Assembly: GCF_004010195.1 (NCBI RefSeq)
Contig: NC_057714.1
Coordinates: forward strand, 117,620,638 to 117,684,637
DNA: 64,000 nt
Direction of reading: 5' to 3'
Origin: Chiloscyllium plagiosum
Taxonomy: Eukaryota
The notes beneath the pieces are model-generated. The model had not been told where the DNA came from. It saw only the letters and a program-made list of their open reading frames with translations, and ran no database searches. The position numbers and the translations under genes were made by a program. This document shows positions 36,074-50,374 of this stretch, one piece after another; within the stretch, counting starts at the first letter, position 1; the number at the start of each line of letters is the position of its first letter.

Positions 36074-37923
36074 GTGAGATTTTCAGTTTATTTTCTTTAT
36101 CGTATAGTGTATCTGTTTTTAAAGAGTGACCCTCACTACATTCACACATTTAGAAAATGTAACAGCATCTGTTCATAACCCAGAGGATCATTACACTCGA
36201 GTCCTGTTCTGTCTAACTCCTAACTCGACAAATTATGAAGTATGTTTTACCCTAACAGATGATGTACCAATCCAGCTTCAGTTACTTCTCAGTCACAAAC
36301 CTAAACTATAACTCAGGCATACATTATGGTATTAGTACTCCATGCAAAGTGCTGATAGTTTAAGGTTACTAAATGGAAGCAAGGCTAAGCACTCTGAGAA
36401 CTCTGAAATATAAACAAAATGCTGGAAATGCACAGCAGGTCAGGCATCATCTGTCACAAGGTCTTTCAGATGGGGCTGAAAAGCCTGGTTATCTGTTTTG
36501 CAGCTGTCTGTGGGATCATACTGAAACAAACTGGCTGCTGCATTTTCTTCAGTCCAACAACATTCCATCACAGAATCCTGACTGTCTGTCTACAGCTGAG
36601 GATCAGTATCGATCAGAATCCGACTGAACCAGCTTTACAAATATTGCAGCCACCAGGAGCAAACGTGGAGAAGTTCAGCAGGCCCGGCACTGTCTGTGGA
36701 GAGAGAAACCGAGTTCATGTTTCGATGCCAGTATGATTTCTACAGAACTCGGAAATCAGAACTGACCTAACTGAACCAATAATTGCCCCATCTATCTACT
36801 GTCAGTTATCAGGGAAGTGATGGAAGGTGTGCAGTTGCTTAGCCATGAGCTATTCACTGACATTCAGTTTGGATTTTCCTAAGGCCTATTAGCTGCTGAT
36901 CTTATTTGTATCTTTAATTTTAATTGTGGTTTTAAAAAAAAACCTGAACTCCATAGGTGAGTTAAGAGTGATTCCCCTTGACATCAAGCAGCACTTGACT
37001 GAGTATGGATTCTTGGAAGCAATGGGAATAATGACAGTCACTCCACTGATTGGAATAATATGTAACACAAAGGTTACAGTTGCTGGAGGACATCACTGCA
37101 ATCCGAGGACATCACTTCAATCCAAGGACATCACTGCAGGAATTCCTAAGTGTAGTATTCCATTTTCAGCTGTGTCATCAATGACTTTCCTTCTATTGTG
37201 AGATTAGTAGAGGGAAATGTTACCAGAGGTTTGCAGAATATTCGATATCATTTGTGATTCCTCAAATACTGAATTAGAATTAGCTTTATTGTCAGGTTTA
37301 TTGTCCCTCATTAGGTACAAAGTAGCTAGGTAAAACTTTTATATACAGAAAGAGAAATAAAGGAGAAAAAAAGTTACATTGCCTTACAGTGATTCATAGT
37401 ATAAGTTATAAAGTAAGACGTAAAGTTAAAAGGATAAACATTACTTTGCAGTAGATCAGCACAGGGGCATCCACATGTGGTCTGACCGGCCTCACAAGCC
37501 TCTTACTGCCCACGGCAGTTCTGACTCCAAGCCTCCAGCTGGGTCCAGCAATAAGACATGGAGAACATTTAAGCTTTGGCTAATAAGTGGCAAGTAACAC
37601 TTTCACTCTTCTAAACCCACAAACTTGACCACCTGGAAGGGCAAGGGCAGTAGGTGCCTGGGACCATCACCTGCATGATCCCTGTCAAGACACCTGCCAT
37701 CCTGACTTGGAATCCTATCAATATCACAGAACTTCCTTTGTAACAGCAATGTGGTGTTCCGAGACCTCAGGGACTGCAGCACATCAAGAAGTCAGCACAC
37801 CACCTTTTCTGAGACGATGAGGGATGGGAATAATGATATAGCTAGTGATGCCCAGATCCTCCGGAAAAAAAATAAAAATGAAAGAAGTACTTGGTTGGAT
37901 GTGAACTGCTTTGGGATAGCCTC

Positions 37924-38240
37924 ATAGAGTCTCAACAGTGTGGAAACATGCCCTTCGGCCTAACAAGTCCACACTGACCCTCTGAAGAGTATCCCAGCCA
38001 GACCCATCCCCCTACCCTATTACTCTACATTTTCCCCTGACTAATTCACCTAACCTACACATCCCTGCACACTATGAGCAATTTAGCACAGCCAATTCAC
38101 TTCACCTGCACATCTTAGGATTTTGGGAGGAAACCGGAGCACCCAGAGCAGACCCACGCAGACAAGGGGAAAATGTGCAAACTCCACACAGACTCTCGCC
38201 CGAGGCTGGAATTGAACCCAGGTCCCTGGTGCTGTGAGGC
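37924..38240 (-). mobile_element. HE1-type V-SINE
   Basis: Same structure as 9334-9640. Confidence 0.8.
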
Positions 38241-38876
38241 CTAAGGGCAGAATAAAATCACTGATCTATTGTTTGCTTTATATCAGGTATGAGAATAACT
38301 TTTAAATCTTGAAAGGAACAACAAGCAATATGCAACATCAGCACAGGAGAAGGCAATTCAATCTATCCTGTTCATGCTGACTTTATGCAGGAGCAAATCA
38401 CTGAGAGGCAATCCCCGGCCTTTTCCCCGTGACTCTACAAATTGTTCCTTTTCAGAGAGTAGTCCCTCTTGAATCCTTTGATTGAACTTGTCTCGACCAC
38501 ATACTCATGTCGAACATTCCAGACCGTAACCAGTTGCTGCATGAAAATGTTTCTCCTCCTGTCACCATTACTACTTTTACCAATTATCTTATACCTGTGA
38601 TCTCTTTTGATGCTTGCAGCATTGGAAAGTTTCTCCCTGTCTACTCAATCCAGAACCCTCATGATTTTGAACAGCTCTATCAGATCTCCCTCAATCTCTC
38701 TTCTCCAAGGAGAACAACCCCAGGTTTTCTGTTCTGCAACTGAAGTTCCTCATCACTGGAATATAGTGGATCTTCTTTATTCTCTGTCTCATCCCTTCAC
38801 TTCCTTTGTCATGTATGACCACGAACTGGATGCAATACTACGTTTGAGGTTGAACCAGTATTTTGTACAGGTTTAA

Positions 38877-39601
38877 AATAACAACCTTTGTTGTGGTTCT
38901 GTTCGCCGAGCTGGGAATTTGTGTTGCAGACATTTCGTCCCCTGTCTAGGTGACATCCTCAGTGCTTGGGAGCCTCCTTTGAAGCGCTTCTGTGATGTTT
39001 CCTCTGGCATTTATAGTGATTTGTNNNNNNNNNNNNNNNNNNNNNNNNNNNNNNNNNNNNNNNNNNNNNNNNNNNNNNNNNNNNNNNNNNNNNNNNNNNN
39101 NNNNNNNNNNNNNNNNNNNNNNNNNNNNNNNNNNNNNNNNNNNNNNNNNNNNNNNNNNNNNNNNNNNNNNNNNNNNNNNNNNNNNNNNNNNNNNNNNNNN
39201 NNNNNNNNNNNNNNNNNNNNNNNNNNNNNNNNNNNNNNNNNNNNNNNNNNNNNNNNNNNNNNNNNNNNNNNNNNNNNNNNNNNNNNNNNNNNNNNNNNNN
39301 NNNNNNNNNNNNNNNNNNNNNNNNNNNNNNNNNNNNNNNNNNNNNNNNNNNNNNNNNNNNNNNNNNNNNNNNNNNNNNNNNNNNNNNNNNNNNNNNNNNN
39401 NNNNNNNNNNNNNNNNNNNNNCACTATAAATGCCAGAGGAAACATCACAGAAGCGCTTCACAGGAGGCTCCCAAGCACTGAGGATGTCACCTAGACAGGG
39501 GACAAAACGTCTGCAACACAAATTCCCAGCTCGGCAAACAGAACCACAACAAAGAGCACCCGAGCTACAAATCTTCTCCCAAACTTTGAATAGCAACCTT
39601 T
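38877..39601. mobile_element. Inverted Penelope-like element spanning an N gap, hammerhead in each arm
   Basis: 38890-39017 is the reverse complement of 39422-39551. Motif GCA-CTGAGGA-T-GTCACC-tagaca-GGGGAC-(G/A)AAA(C/T)GTC-TGC. TSD AATA(A/G)CAACCTTT at 38877-38889 and 39589-39601. Confidence 0.8.
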
Positions 39602-39806
39602 CTTTTTTTACTTTGTCATTATTGATAAAACCCTGGATGTTGTATGCTTTATAAACTGCATTCAACTTGTCTTTTATGTCACCTTCGATGGCATATGCAC
39701 ATAGCTCCCTTTGTTAGTTCACTCCGTGTAAAATTGTGCCCCGATATCAGGTTATTGGTGAGAAACTAATTGACTTTTGCATATTTATTTTGTACCTTTC
39801 TAACAG

Positions 39807-39890
39807 GTTTCGGGGCTTCCTTCCAACCTAAAGGCAGTTTGTATCCACTCCAGTATGACAAGGACACAGAGAGAAGCAGCTATTGCAAAG
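39807..39890 (+). CDS. RECQL4: RECQL4 coding exon 12
   Basis: VSGLPSNLKAVCIHSSMTRTQREAAIAK resembles human [28 protein letters not shown]. Confidence 0.96.
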
Positions 39891-40126
39891 GTCAGCTGAA
39901 GATTTAATGATTCATTGTGCTCATCAACTATAGAAATATGACAATCTGACCTAGTTTCAATTATTCTTTGAGCTGTTTAGAGAACTGTGCCATACAGGTG
40001 GGTATGCTGGCTCTTTGAAAGAATACTTTAATTAGTTTCATTCCTTTCAATTATCCTTTTAGCCTCCAAATATTTGTCTAAGTGTTTATTCAATTCCACT
40101 TTTGAAAGCTGATGTTGACTCTGCTT

Positions 40127-40443
40127 AGAATCGTAGATTCCCTACAGTGGAAGCAGACCATTCAGCCCATCGATTCCACACTGATCCTCAGAAAAGCATC
40201 CCACCCACACCTACCTCCTACCCTATCCCTGCAAACCTGTATTTCCAATGGCAAATCCACCTAGACAGTACATCCCTGGGAAATTTACCACGGCCAGTCC
40301 ACCTAACCTGCATGTCTTTGGACTGTGGAAGGCAACACACGCATACATGGGGAGAATATGCAAACTCTACACCCAGTTGCTTGAGGGCGGAATTGAACCT
40401 GAGTCCCTGGCACTCCGTACTAACCACTGAGCCACTGTGCTCC
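40127..40443 (-). mobile_element. HE1-type V-SINE (diverged)
   Basis: cctacagtggaagcagacc tail, ggagaatatgcaaactc core, taaccactgagccac head. Confidence 0.7.
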
Positions 40444-40775
40444 CACTGCTATTTTAGACAGCATCCACTCTCTCAAATGGAAAGAACCCAATTATTTCTA
40501 TCATCTTTTGGGATACATGGATGCCAGTTTTACAGTACAGTTTGGAGTGAGGATACTATTTCTTTGCTCCAGGTTTCCATTAATCCCATTTTAAATATAA
40601 GCATTTAGATTAGCAGCAATGCTGTCATCATCATAAAAACTCCGGTACAAGTCTGCTGAATACTGATGCTAAAGGATTCTGAGAGATTATCCATATTTCA
40701 AAAGCATTACTGGAAAGCATTTTTGGTTCAGAAATATGCTGTTGAAACAAGTTGTGTCCCCAGTACAGCTCGGTG

Positions 40776-40928
40776 ATATCAAAGTTCTGAGGAAGGGTCA
40801 CTTGACCCAAAACGTTAACTCTGATTTCTCTCCACAGATGCTGCTGGGCCTGCTGAGCTTTTACCAGCAATTTCTATTTTTGTCTCTGATTTATAGCATC
40901 CGCAGTTCTTTCGGTTTTTAATATCAAA
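40776..40928 (+). mobile_element. Penelope-like pLTR fragment with mutated hammerhead
   Basis: GTT-CTGAGGA-A-GGGTCA-ct-TGACCC-AAAAC-GTT-AAC, flanked by ATATCAAA on both sides. Confidence 0.7.
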
Positions 40929-42365
40929 TGATGCTAGTCCTTGCAAATGTTAACTTTACAGAGCCATCAAAAACTTCACTTGTACAGTTTGTTACTTCAT
41001 GCCTTGAACTATGGGAACTTTTACTTCTCAAACATTATAGTGTCACATTTTGAATTTCTGGATTCACAGTGAGTATGACAGTCAGGAGATGAGAAAAGAT
41101 TAGCTCCCTGCCTTAAAAAAGAAAGTGTCCCTTAATCCTGTATGGGTACATCCTTGTAACTGTCTGTGTGTAGTTTTTAACCTTGGTATGCTCAGAACAT
41201 TGCAGAAGTAGGCCATTCAACCCCTACAGCCTGCTCCACTATTCCAAGCTGAGTATCTACCTCAATGCCATGTGCCTGAACTATTCCCATATTCCTTGTC
41301 ATTAGTAACTAGAAATCTAATGACTTCTGTTTTGGACTTCCACAGTCCTTGAGGATGAACAATACCAAACACTTGCTACCCTCTGAGTGAAGGGGTTGTT
41401 TCATATCTCAGTTTTACATGCCCTGCCTTTTATTCTGAGACTGTCTCATGGTTATAGACCCCAGAGCTTGTGAAAACGTTCTTTATGCATTCACTCTTTT
41501 TTTTATATTTAACAGTTTTGTAGGTTTCTATGAAATGTGCGTTATTCTTCGAAACACTGAAAATACAGGCGTAACTTAAAGCACCTTTGTGTGGGATCCA
41601 TCAGATATACAGTCACCTGTGATGTTTCTTGCTGTCTTGTTTCTCCAAGTATGTGGCAGGCCTTTGGTTGCAGCTTTTTGCCTTTATCCTCTATTGAAGC
41701 AATCTGTACTTTTTGGTCTCATGGTACCAAGTAGCAAGTACTGTCATGTTTATGTCACTCAAGTTTCAGGCAGTGATCATTTTTAAATTCACTTTATTTG
41801 TTTGCTGGGCCAGCATTTATTCCTATCCCTATTTGCCTACAACCATCTTGCTATCTCCAGCAAGAATATATCTACCTCCCAGTGATATTTCTTGTCCTTT
41901 ATAATGCCCCACCATCAACATCTTGTAAGTCGCTACTTATCAGAAAATCAACTGGAACAGTCGTGACTATGAAAACATGTCAGTGACTGGGAATTGTGAT
42001 GACTGACTTCCCTGAGCTTATCCTTTACCTGCAAGGCAGGTGTATGATGGAACACTTTGCCTAAATGAGTACAGCTCTAATAACATCATGTAGTTTGACA
42101 TCATTCAGGACAAATGAGTCACTGATTGGAGCCCCGTTCACCATTGGCACAACGTGCAACAGTTACTGACTTCACTCTCAACACTTCTCATTGGATGATT
42201 GGTGATGTTGAGGTGTATGACCAGATGGTTGCAGAGCAGAATATATGCTGAAAGACATCAAGTATTTTAAAACAAACTGCAGCAGGAATTTTTTTTTTTG
42301 TTTCAATGTAATTGGAAGTAATTTCAGATTGGTTTGGATTCATATGTTTATCTTTGAATCCTCAG

Positions 42366-42554
42366 GTGAAAGAGGGTAAGGTCCATGTGCTGTTGCTGTC
42401 CCCAGAAGCACTTGTTGGTGGTGGTCGGGCTGGATCAAGTTGTCTCCCGCCTGCACACGAGCTTCCCCCAGTGGCTTTTGCATGTATTGATGAGGCACAC
42501 TGTGTTTCGGAATGGTCTCACAACTTCAGACCATGCTATCTCCGTCTGTGTAAG
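42366..42554 (+). CDS. RECQL4: RECQL4 coding exon 13 (DEAH box, aromatic-rich loop)
   Basis: [13 protein letters not shown]...[31 protein letters not shown]. Confidence 0.97.
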
Positions 42555-43056
42555 GTAAGGGAGGAACACCTCAGTGGTGTCGTGGTTTAGAAGGGTGGCT
42601 CCCTTGTGAGGTGCAGCTTTGATCAGGATTAGCTTGAGGGAAATAATCTGAATTCAAATTCGGAATCTAATTACATTTTCAGTTTCCTGCTCTCCTTCCT
42701 AGAGCATGTGACCTATTTGATTGACACCCTGACTTTGAGTAATGTATGTGATGGGCATTGTAATGTTGGCCTTGCCCAATTTCCACCCTGATGCATTTCC
42801 TGGAAGGACTTTTTGTCTTGCACTGAAGAGAACTGGGATGCGAGGAACAGATATAGAAAACGATTGCATTTATATTGTGCCTTTCTCATTGGGGAGAGAA
42901 AAAGGGTCATAGAGACTGTAAATCCCCATTGCAACCACCTGGTAACACCCTGACTGATCTGTGTACCTGCTTGATCCAATTACTAAGGTTGAGTTAACTG
43001 CGTCTCCACACCAATGATGAATCCACCAATCAGCACCATATTCTGATGTTGTATAA

Positions 43057-46000
43057 AACCATAAAATATAGGAGTAGAGTTAGGCTATTCAGCCCATCCG
43101 GTCTACCGCACCATTCGATCTTGGCTGACATGTTTTTCAGCTCCATTCTCCTGCCCTGTCTCCAAAACTTAATCCTCTTACTAATCAAGATCTTATCTAT
43201 CCCTGTCTTAAATATACTCAATAACTTGACCTCCACAGCCCTCTGGGGCAATGAGTTCTACAGATTCATCACCCTCTGGGTGAAGAAATTCCTCCTCTTC
43301 TCAATTCGAAAGGATCATTCCTTCACTCCGAGGCTGTACCCTTGAATCCTAGTCTCTCCTACTTTTGGAAACATCTTCTCCAGGCTGACTATCAAGGCCT
43401 TTTGGAAGTCTGGAAGTTTCATTCAGGATCCCCCCCGTTCATCCTTCTAAACTTCATCAAGTGCAGACTCCGAGTCCTCAATTGCTTCTCATCTGACAAG
43501 TCCTTCATCCCTGGCATCATTCTAGGAAGCCTTCTCTGGACTTCCTCCAATGCCAACACATCCTTCCTTGGATGCAGGGCCTCAAACTGCTCACAATATT
43601 CCAAATGCAGTCTGACCAGAATCTTATACATCTCTTGTGTATTCTGGCTCTCTTACATTGAACATAAAATATAAAACAGTACAGCATGGTACAGGCCCTT
43701 CAGCCCTCCATGTTGTACTGACCTTTTATCCTACTCTAGGATCAGACTAACCTACATACCCTTCTTTTGCTATCATTCATGTACCTATCCAAGAGTCACT
43801 TAAATGTTCCGAATGTATCTGATTCTGCTACCACTGCTGACCGTGCATTCCACTTCCCCACCACTCTGTGTAAAGAACCTACTTCTGATATCTCCCCGAA
43901 AACTTCCTCCAATCACCCTAAAATTATGTCCCCTCTTGATAGCCATTTCCTCTCTGGGAAAATGTTTCTGGCTATCCACTCAAACTCTGCCTCTCATCAG
44001 CTTGTACAACTCTTATCAAGTCACCTCTCATCCTTCTTCTCTCCAATGAGAAAAACCCTAGTTCCCTCAACCTTTCTTCGCAAGACATACTCTCCAGTCC
44101 AAGTAGCATTCTGGTAAATCTCCTCTGCACCCTCTCTAAAGCTTTCACATCTTTCCTATAACGAGGTAACTATAACTGAACACACTATTCCATATGTGGT
44201 CCCACCAGGGCTTCACAGAGCTGCAGCGTAACCTCGTGGCTGTTAAACTCAATCTCCTTGCTAATGAAAGCCAACACACGATATGCCTTCTTAACAACTT
44301 GGGTGGCAACTTTGAGGGATCTAAGGAGGTGGACCCTAAGATCCCTCTGAATACTTTCCATTTACCACCACCCTCTGTCTTCTGTGGGCCAGCCAATTCT
44401 GTATCCAGGCAGCCAAACTTTCCTGTATTCCATGCCTCCTTTCTGAATGAGCCTACCTTGGGGAACCTTATCAAATGCCTTGCTAAAATCCATGTACACC
44501 ATATCCACTGCTCTACCTTCATCGATGTGTTTTGTCACATCCTCAAAGAATTCAATAAGGCTTGTGAGGCATGACCTACCCCTCACAAAGCCCAGCCAAG
44601 CTGACTATCTCTAACCAACCTTCCAAATAATCATAAATCCTGTCTCTCACAATCCTCTCCAATAATTTTCCCACCACTGACATAAGACTGACTGGTCTGT
44701 AATTCCCAGGGTTATCCCTATTCCCATTCTTGAACAAGGAAATAACATTTGCCACCCTCCAATCATCTGGTACTACTCCAGTTGACAGTGAGGACGCAAA
44801 GGTCATCACCAAAGGCGCAGCAATCTCTTTCCCTGCTTCCTGTAGTAGCCTTGGGAATATCCCATCTGGCCCAGGGGACTTATCTATCCTCATGTTGTTC
44901 AAACTTTCCACCACATTCTCCTCTTCAACATCAATCTGTTTAAGCATATCAGCCTGTTTCATGCTATCCTCCCTCTCAGTAGTGAATACTGAAGCAAAGT
45001 ATTCATTGAGGACAAAGTGAGGACTGCAGATGCTGGGGATCAGAGCTGAAAATGTGTTGCTGGAAAAGCGCAGCAGGTCAGGCAGCATACAAGGAAGAAG
45101 GGCTCATGCCCGAAACGTCGATTCTCCTGCTCCTTGGATGCTGCCTGACCTGCTGCGCTTTTCCAGCAACACATTTTCAGCTCTGATTACCAGCATCTGC
45201 AGACCTCACTTCCTTCCTCAACCTTAAGTAAGCTTCCTTCCTCTTGACTAGATGTTCCACATCTCTTGTCATCCAAGGTTCCTTCACCATACCATCCTTT
45301 CCTTGCCTCAGTGGGACAAACCTATCCAGCACTTGCAGCGAGTGCTCCCTAAACAACCTCCACATTTCTGTCATGCATTTCCCTGAGAATATCTGTTCCC
45401 AATTTATAGTCCACAGTTCTTGCCTAATAGCATTGTAATTCCCTCTCCTCCAATTAAATAGTTTCCCATACTGTCTGCTCCTATCCTTCTCCATGACTGT
45501 AGTAAAGGTCAGGGAGTTGTGATCACTATCACTGAAATGCTCTCCCACTCAGAGATCTGACACCTGATCTGGCTCATTGCCAAGCAGCAAATCCAATATG
45601 GCCTCCCCTCTACCTACATGTTGAGTAAGGGATCCTTCTTGGACACACCTGACAAAGTCTGCTCCATCAAACTATTTGCACTAAGGAGGTTCCAATCAAT
45701 ATTAGGGAAGTTGAAGTCACCCAAGACAACAACCCTGTTACTTCTGCAGCTTTCCAAAATCTTGCTCCCAATCTACTCCTCTGTGTCTCTCTCTTGCTGT
45801 TGGGGGCTGTATACAATTCTCTCAATAAATTGACTTGCTTTCCTGCTTCTGACTTCCACCCATACTGACTCAGCAGACAAACTCTCCTTGACGACCTCCC
45901 CTTCTGCAGCTGTGATACTATCTCTGATTAGCAATGTTACTCATAGAACATAGAAAAGTACAGCACAGAACAGGCTCTTCGGTCCACGATGTTGTGCCGA

Positions 46001-47240
46001 GGATTATTCCTAATCTAAAATAAAATAAGATAACGTACACACCCCTCAATTCACTGCTGTCCATGTGCATATCTAGCAGTCGCTTAAATGTCCCTAATGA
46101 CTCTGCTTCCACCACCACTGCTGGCAACGCATTCCATGCATTCACAACTCTCTGCGTAAAGAACCTATCTCTGACGTCTCCTCTATACCTTCCTCCTAAT
46201 ATCTTAAAACTATGATCCCATGTGCCAGTCAATCCTGCTCTGGGGAAAAGTCTCTGGCTACTCCCCTCCCTCTTCCTTTAGAAACATCTAAACCCCGGAA
46301 CATGTAACAACCATTCCTGAACCTGTGATATCTGTAATGGCCACAACATCGTAGCTCCAAGTACTGATCCATGCTCTGAAGTTCATCACCCTTTATTCTT
46401 GACACCTCTTGTGTTAAAACATGCACACTTCAAACCATCACACTGACTGCAACTTTGCCCTAACAACTGTCTATCCTTTCTCAAAGACACTCTGCACGCT
46501 GTACCTGCCTGTTCACCAGCTAGCCCAACCTCTGATCTGTAGTTCCAGTTCCAAACCCTGCCAAACTAGTTTAAACCCTCTTGTAAAGCTCTAACAAAAC
46601 CTTTAGCCCAGGATATTGGTGCCCTTCCAGTTCAGGTACAACCTATCCTCCATGTACAGGTCCCACCTTCCCCAGAATGTATCCCTATGATCCACATATC
46701 TGAAGCCCTCCCTCCTACATCAGCTCTGCAGCCATGTGATCAGCTACACTCGCTCTCTGTTCCTAGCCCATGGCACTGGTAACAATCCTGAGATTATTAC
46801 TCTGCTTGTCTTGCCTTTTAGCTCACAACTTAAATTCCTACATTCACTTTTCAGATCCTCCTCCCTTTTCCTAGCTATATCACCAATGTGTACCACGACT
46901 TCTGGCTGCTCCCCCTCCCCGTTAAGAATCGTGTAGACTCAATCCGAGACATCCCTGATGCTGGCACCCCAGGAGTCTCGTTCACGACCTCAGAATCTTC
47001 TGTCTGATCGTCTAACCATTGAATCTCCTATCACTATTGCTCTCCTATTCTCCCCCTTCCCTTCTGATCCACAGAGCCTGGCTCACTGTCAAAGACCTGG
47101 CCGCTGGCTTTCCCCTGGTACGTCATACCCCCCCCAACAGTATACTTATTATTGAGGGGAACAGCCAGAGGAGATCACTGCACTGTCTGCCTATTCTCTT
47201 ACCCTCTCCTGACAGTCACCCAGCTACCTTTATCCTGTAA
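43057..47240 (-). mobile_element. Nested CR1 LINE block (3' fragment 43057-43660, long decayed copy about 43660-47240, second tail inserted near 45942-46260)
   Basis: LNEYFASVFT, KSPGPDGIFPRLL, WRVANVISLFK, NYRPVSLMSVVGKLLE, YMDFSKAFDKVP and SDHNSLTF motifs on the minus strand. Confidence 0.85.
45010..45215. mobile_element. Palindromic Penelope-like insertion inside CR1
   Basis: Inverted arms; GAAGAAGGGCTCATGCCCGAAACGTCGATTC at about 45094-45124. Confidence 0.8.
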
Positions 47241-48277
47241 CTTAATTGGTGTCCTTTGTTTCAATCAAGCCTGTATCTTGTCCCCTAATTTTGAGTGTAA
47301 AATGAAAAGCTTTGACTCTGTTTTTAGTAATAATATATGATGGCATGTTTGTTTTCTCAAAGGTGTTGGTCAAATGCAATGAGGTGCGAATGCATCAATT
47401 GTACACGATCTTGGTTAGATACCATCTGGAGCTCACGTCTTTAGTTTTGAACATCAAGGGTCAGCAATCACTTACAGAAGTAGAATACTGTACATGTTGG
47501 AAATCCAAAATTAAAGTTGACAGTGCTGGAATAGCTCAGCAGGTTAGGTAGCATTTGTTAAGAGAAACAGAATCCATCTTTCAGATTGATGAACTTCCAC
47601 TGATTCTGATGGTGATTCGGATTCTGAATTTCCATTGATCTGAGGTACTTATCTCCACAGGTTCTGCCTAACCTGCTGAGTATTTCTAGCATTTTCTGTT
47701 GGGAAAGATTTGAAGGTTAAACAGATTCACTGGAATTATGCCTTTGATTAATTGGTCAAATTGAGGACAGAGTGAGCATGGCTGTACAGATATTCTTAAT
47801 CACTGTCTTCAGATGGATTATCATCATACCTCTGAAGCAGGTGAGCTTGAACTTGGGCCTTTTGGCTCAGAGGCAGGGACATGACCAGACCAGAAGAGCC
47901 CTTAATGATGGCTGCATATCCTTGATATATGATCATTTATGTGCTAAATTGTTTGACTAAAGAAAGACCAAGTGCTGGACACTTGACTATTCGAGCATAG
48001 GCAGTGCCAAAGCATTTGCATCCTATCACAAATCAGTCATTTTGAGATGAGGGAGGGTTATTGGAGGAATTTGAAAAGAAAATCAGTGACGCACTGAACA
48101 CTATTGTCATTTAGCTAGTAGGCTAATTAAATTGCTCCTTTTCTCAGTTATGTCAGAACTTCAGCCAGTGAATGAACAAATTCAATTTAAATTCCAAATG
48201 TCAGTAACACTAGAGAGAGTAACCTGCAGAGTTTCACTATGTTTATTCTTTAGTCAATTATTTTGTCTGATCTGCAG

Positions 48278-48460
48278 GTCCTGAAGGAACGTTTGGGAGT
48301 GAAATGCCTGCTGGGATTAACAGCCACTGCCACACTAGCGACAGCCCAGAATATCGCACATCACCTTGGGATCCAGGAGCGAGAAGGAATAGCTGTTCGC
48401 TCTGCAGATGTACCAGCCAATTTATTCCTCAGTGTGTCTACTGACCGGGATAGAGACCAG
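48278..48460 (+). CDS. RECQL4: RECQL4 coding exon 14 (motif III)
   Basis: VLKERLGVKCLLGLTATAT...VPANLFLSVSTDRDRDQ. Confidence 0.97.
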
Positions 48461-48788
48461 GTAAAGCCTGAGAGTCGGACTGTTAATAGCCCATTGTAGA
48501 AGGGAGCTTTTTAATCACTTACTGGATGTGGTCCTTGCTGGCAAGGATAGCATGAGAGCGAAAACCATCTGGTTCTTGTTAGTAACTGTGTAAAAATATG
48601 CAATAATATGGTTACGAAACGTTAACTCAGCTTTCTGTCCACAGATGCTGTCAGATCTGTTGAGTTTTTCCAACAAGTTCTGTTTTTGTTTGCAATAATG
48701 TGGTGTATGAGGGTGCAAGACCCAAATTAAATTGAAGTTAGACCAGATGAACATTGAACTTTTTAAAATGATGCTATTCTATAACCAA

Positions 48789-49010
48789 GGATTGGACTTA
48801 GATAAAGGCAAGTTACTGCGGATGCTGGAATCTGAAACCAAAAGAGAAAATGCTGGAAAATCTCAGCAGGTCAAATGCTGGAAAATCTCAGCAGGTCTGG
48901 CAGCATCTGTAAGGAGAGAAAAGAGCTGACATTTTGGGTCTAACTGACCCTTTGTCAAAGCTGTGACCTGCTGAGATTTTCCAGCATTTTCTCTTTTGGA
49001 TTGGACTTAG
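48789..49010. mobile_element. Penelope-like inverted insertion, 13-bp TSD
   Basis: GGATTGGACTTAG at 48789-48801 and 48998-49010. Inverted ccaaaagagaaaatgctggaaaatctcagcaggtca arms. Confidence 0.75.
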
Positions 49011-49192
49011 CTACTCTGTACCTAAGATGGTGCAGTATGTTAGTGACACTGTTACACTGTGAGTAGTCTGTAACTGAAGAAGCTGTACCTTGGCATCTAA
49101 GATGGCGCTGTAAGTGACAACTAATGATCTTTTCACTGTACTCATTTGAGCATGTGACAATGAAGTTAATTCATGCATTCATTCAAATTGGA

Positions 49193-49392
49193 TATCACTG
49201 AGAATAGGAGAAAGAGAGGACTGCAGATGCTGGAGATCAGAGCTGAAAATGTGTTACTGGAAAAGTGAAGCAGGTCAGACAGATTCCTGAGGAAGGGCTC
49301 ATACCCGAAACATCGATTCTCCTGCTCCTTGGATGCTGCCTGGCCTGCTGCGCTTTGCCAGCAACACATTTTCAGCTCTATCGCTGAGAATA
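49193..49392. mobile_element. Penelope-like inverted insertion, 14-bp TSD (1 mismatch)
   Basis: TATC(A/G)CTGAGAATA at 49193-49206 and 49379-49392. CTGAGGAAGGGCTCATACCCGAAACATCGATTC. Confidence 0.8.
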
Positions 49393-49824
49393 CTAGCATT
49401 TATTCCACTTGACTAATTGCCTTTGAAAAGCTGCCTTGAACAAAGTGCTATTGGGTAGAATGATTCAGGTTTTTATCCTTGCAACCCTGCAGGAATGGTG
49501 TTATAAAGACTGATTTTTTTTTTACATATTAAAGGCATCGAGGGTTATGGAGAGAGGAGGACTATGGTGCTGAGGTAAAGGATCAGCCATGATCCTAGTG
49601 AATGGCAGACCAGGTTCCAACAGCCTACTCCTCCAGCCACTTTCTATATTTTCAAGTTTGGAGGGGAGTTTGCTGGTGGTTATGATCTGCCCATATTTCT
49701 GCTGCTTTTGTCCTTGTAGGTGGCAGAAACTTTGCTCCAGAAATAATATTTTAGAATATCAACTTTGTGTTTTATATGTGTGCTTTTTTATTGTGGTAAA
49801 TTGTTTAACTTCATTCCTGCCCAG

Positions 49825-50029
49825 GCTCTTGTAACTTTGATCCAAGGGGATCGATTTGCCTCTTTGGATTCCATTATTGTCTACTGCACACGAAGAGAAG
49901 AGACGACCCGCATTGCAGCCCTGCTCCGGACATGCCTTCAGGGAGTCACACTAAAGGAGTCACCACAAGAACTAAATGAGGAGGGGAAGATGGCTGAGGA
50001 AATCCTAGCAAAACGAAAGAAAGCTATGG
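49825..50029 (+). CDS. RECQL4: RECQL4 coding exon 15 (motif IV plus insertion)
   Basis: [38 protein letters not shown].... G|GTAAGT donor, phase 0 to 1. Confidence 0.96.
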
Positions 50030-50374
50030 GTAAGTTGCTTTTAGAAGCTCAGGATGTTGCTCAAAATGAGTTGTTTGGGGTAGAAACTGAAATGCTATAC
50101 ACTCAATCACTGGGGCATAAAATGTCTGGAAAGCATATCAATTTAGCATTGGTTTGCAGCTTCACGATGGTCCCACTGCTAAATTTGCTAAGTTCATTTT
50201 TTTAAGGACACTTCTAATCAGGAGTTAAGTCCTTTAAATGGCTATGTTTGGATCTGGTACCAATTTAAAGATTCCATTGTAAAACTTATTAGGTAGGAAT
50301 AGAACATTTTTAAAGAAGGGACAGTGTTGATCTCCAGTGTCAGAGGACTGTAACTATAATGCCAGTCTTGATAT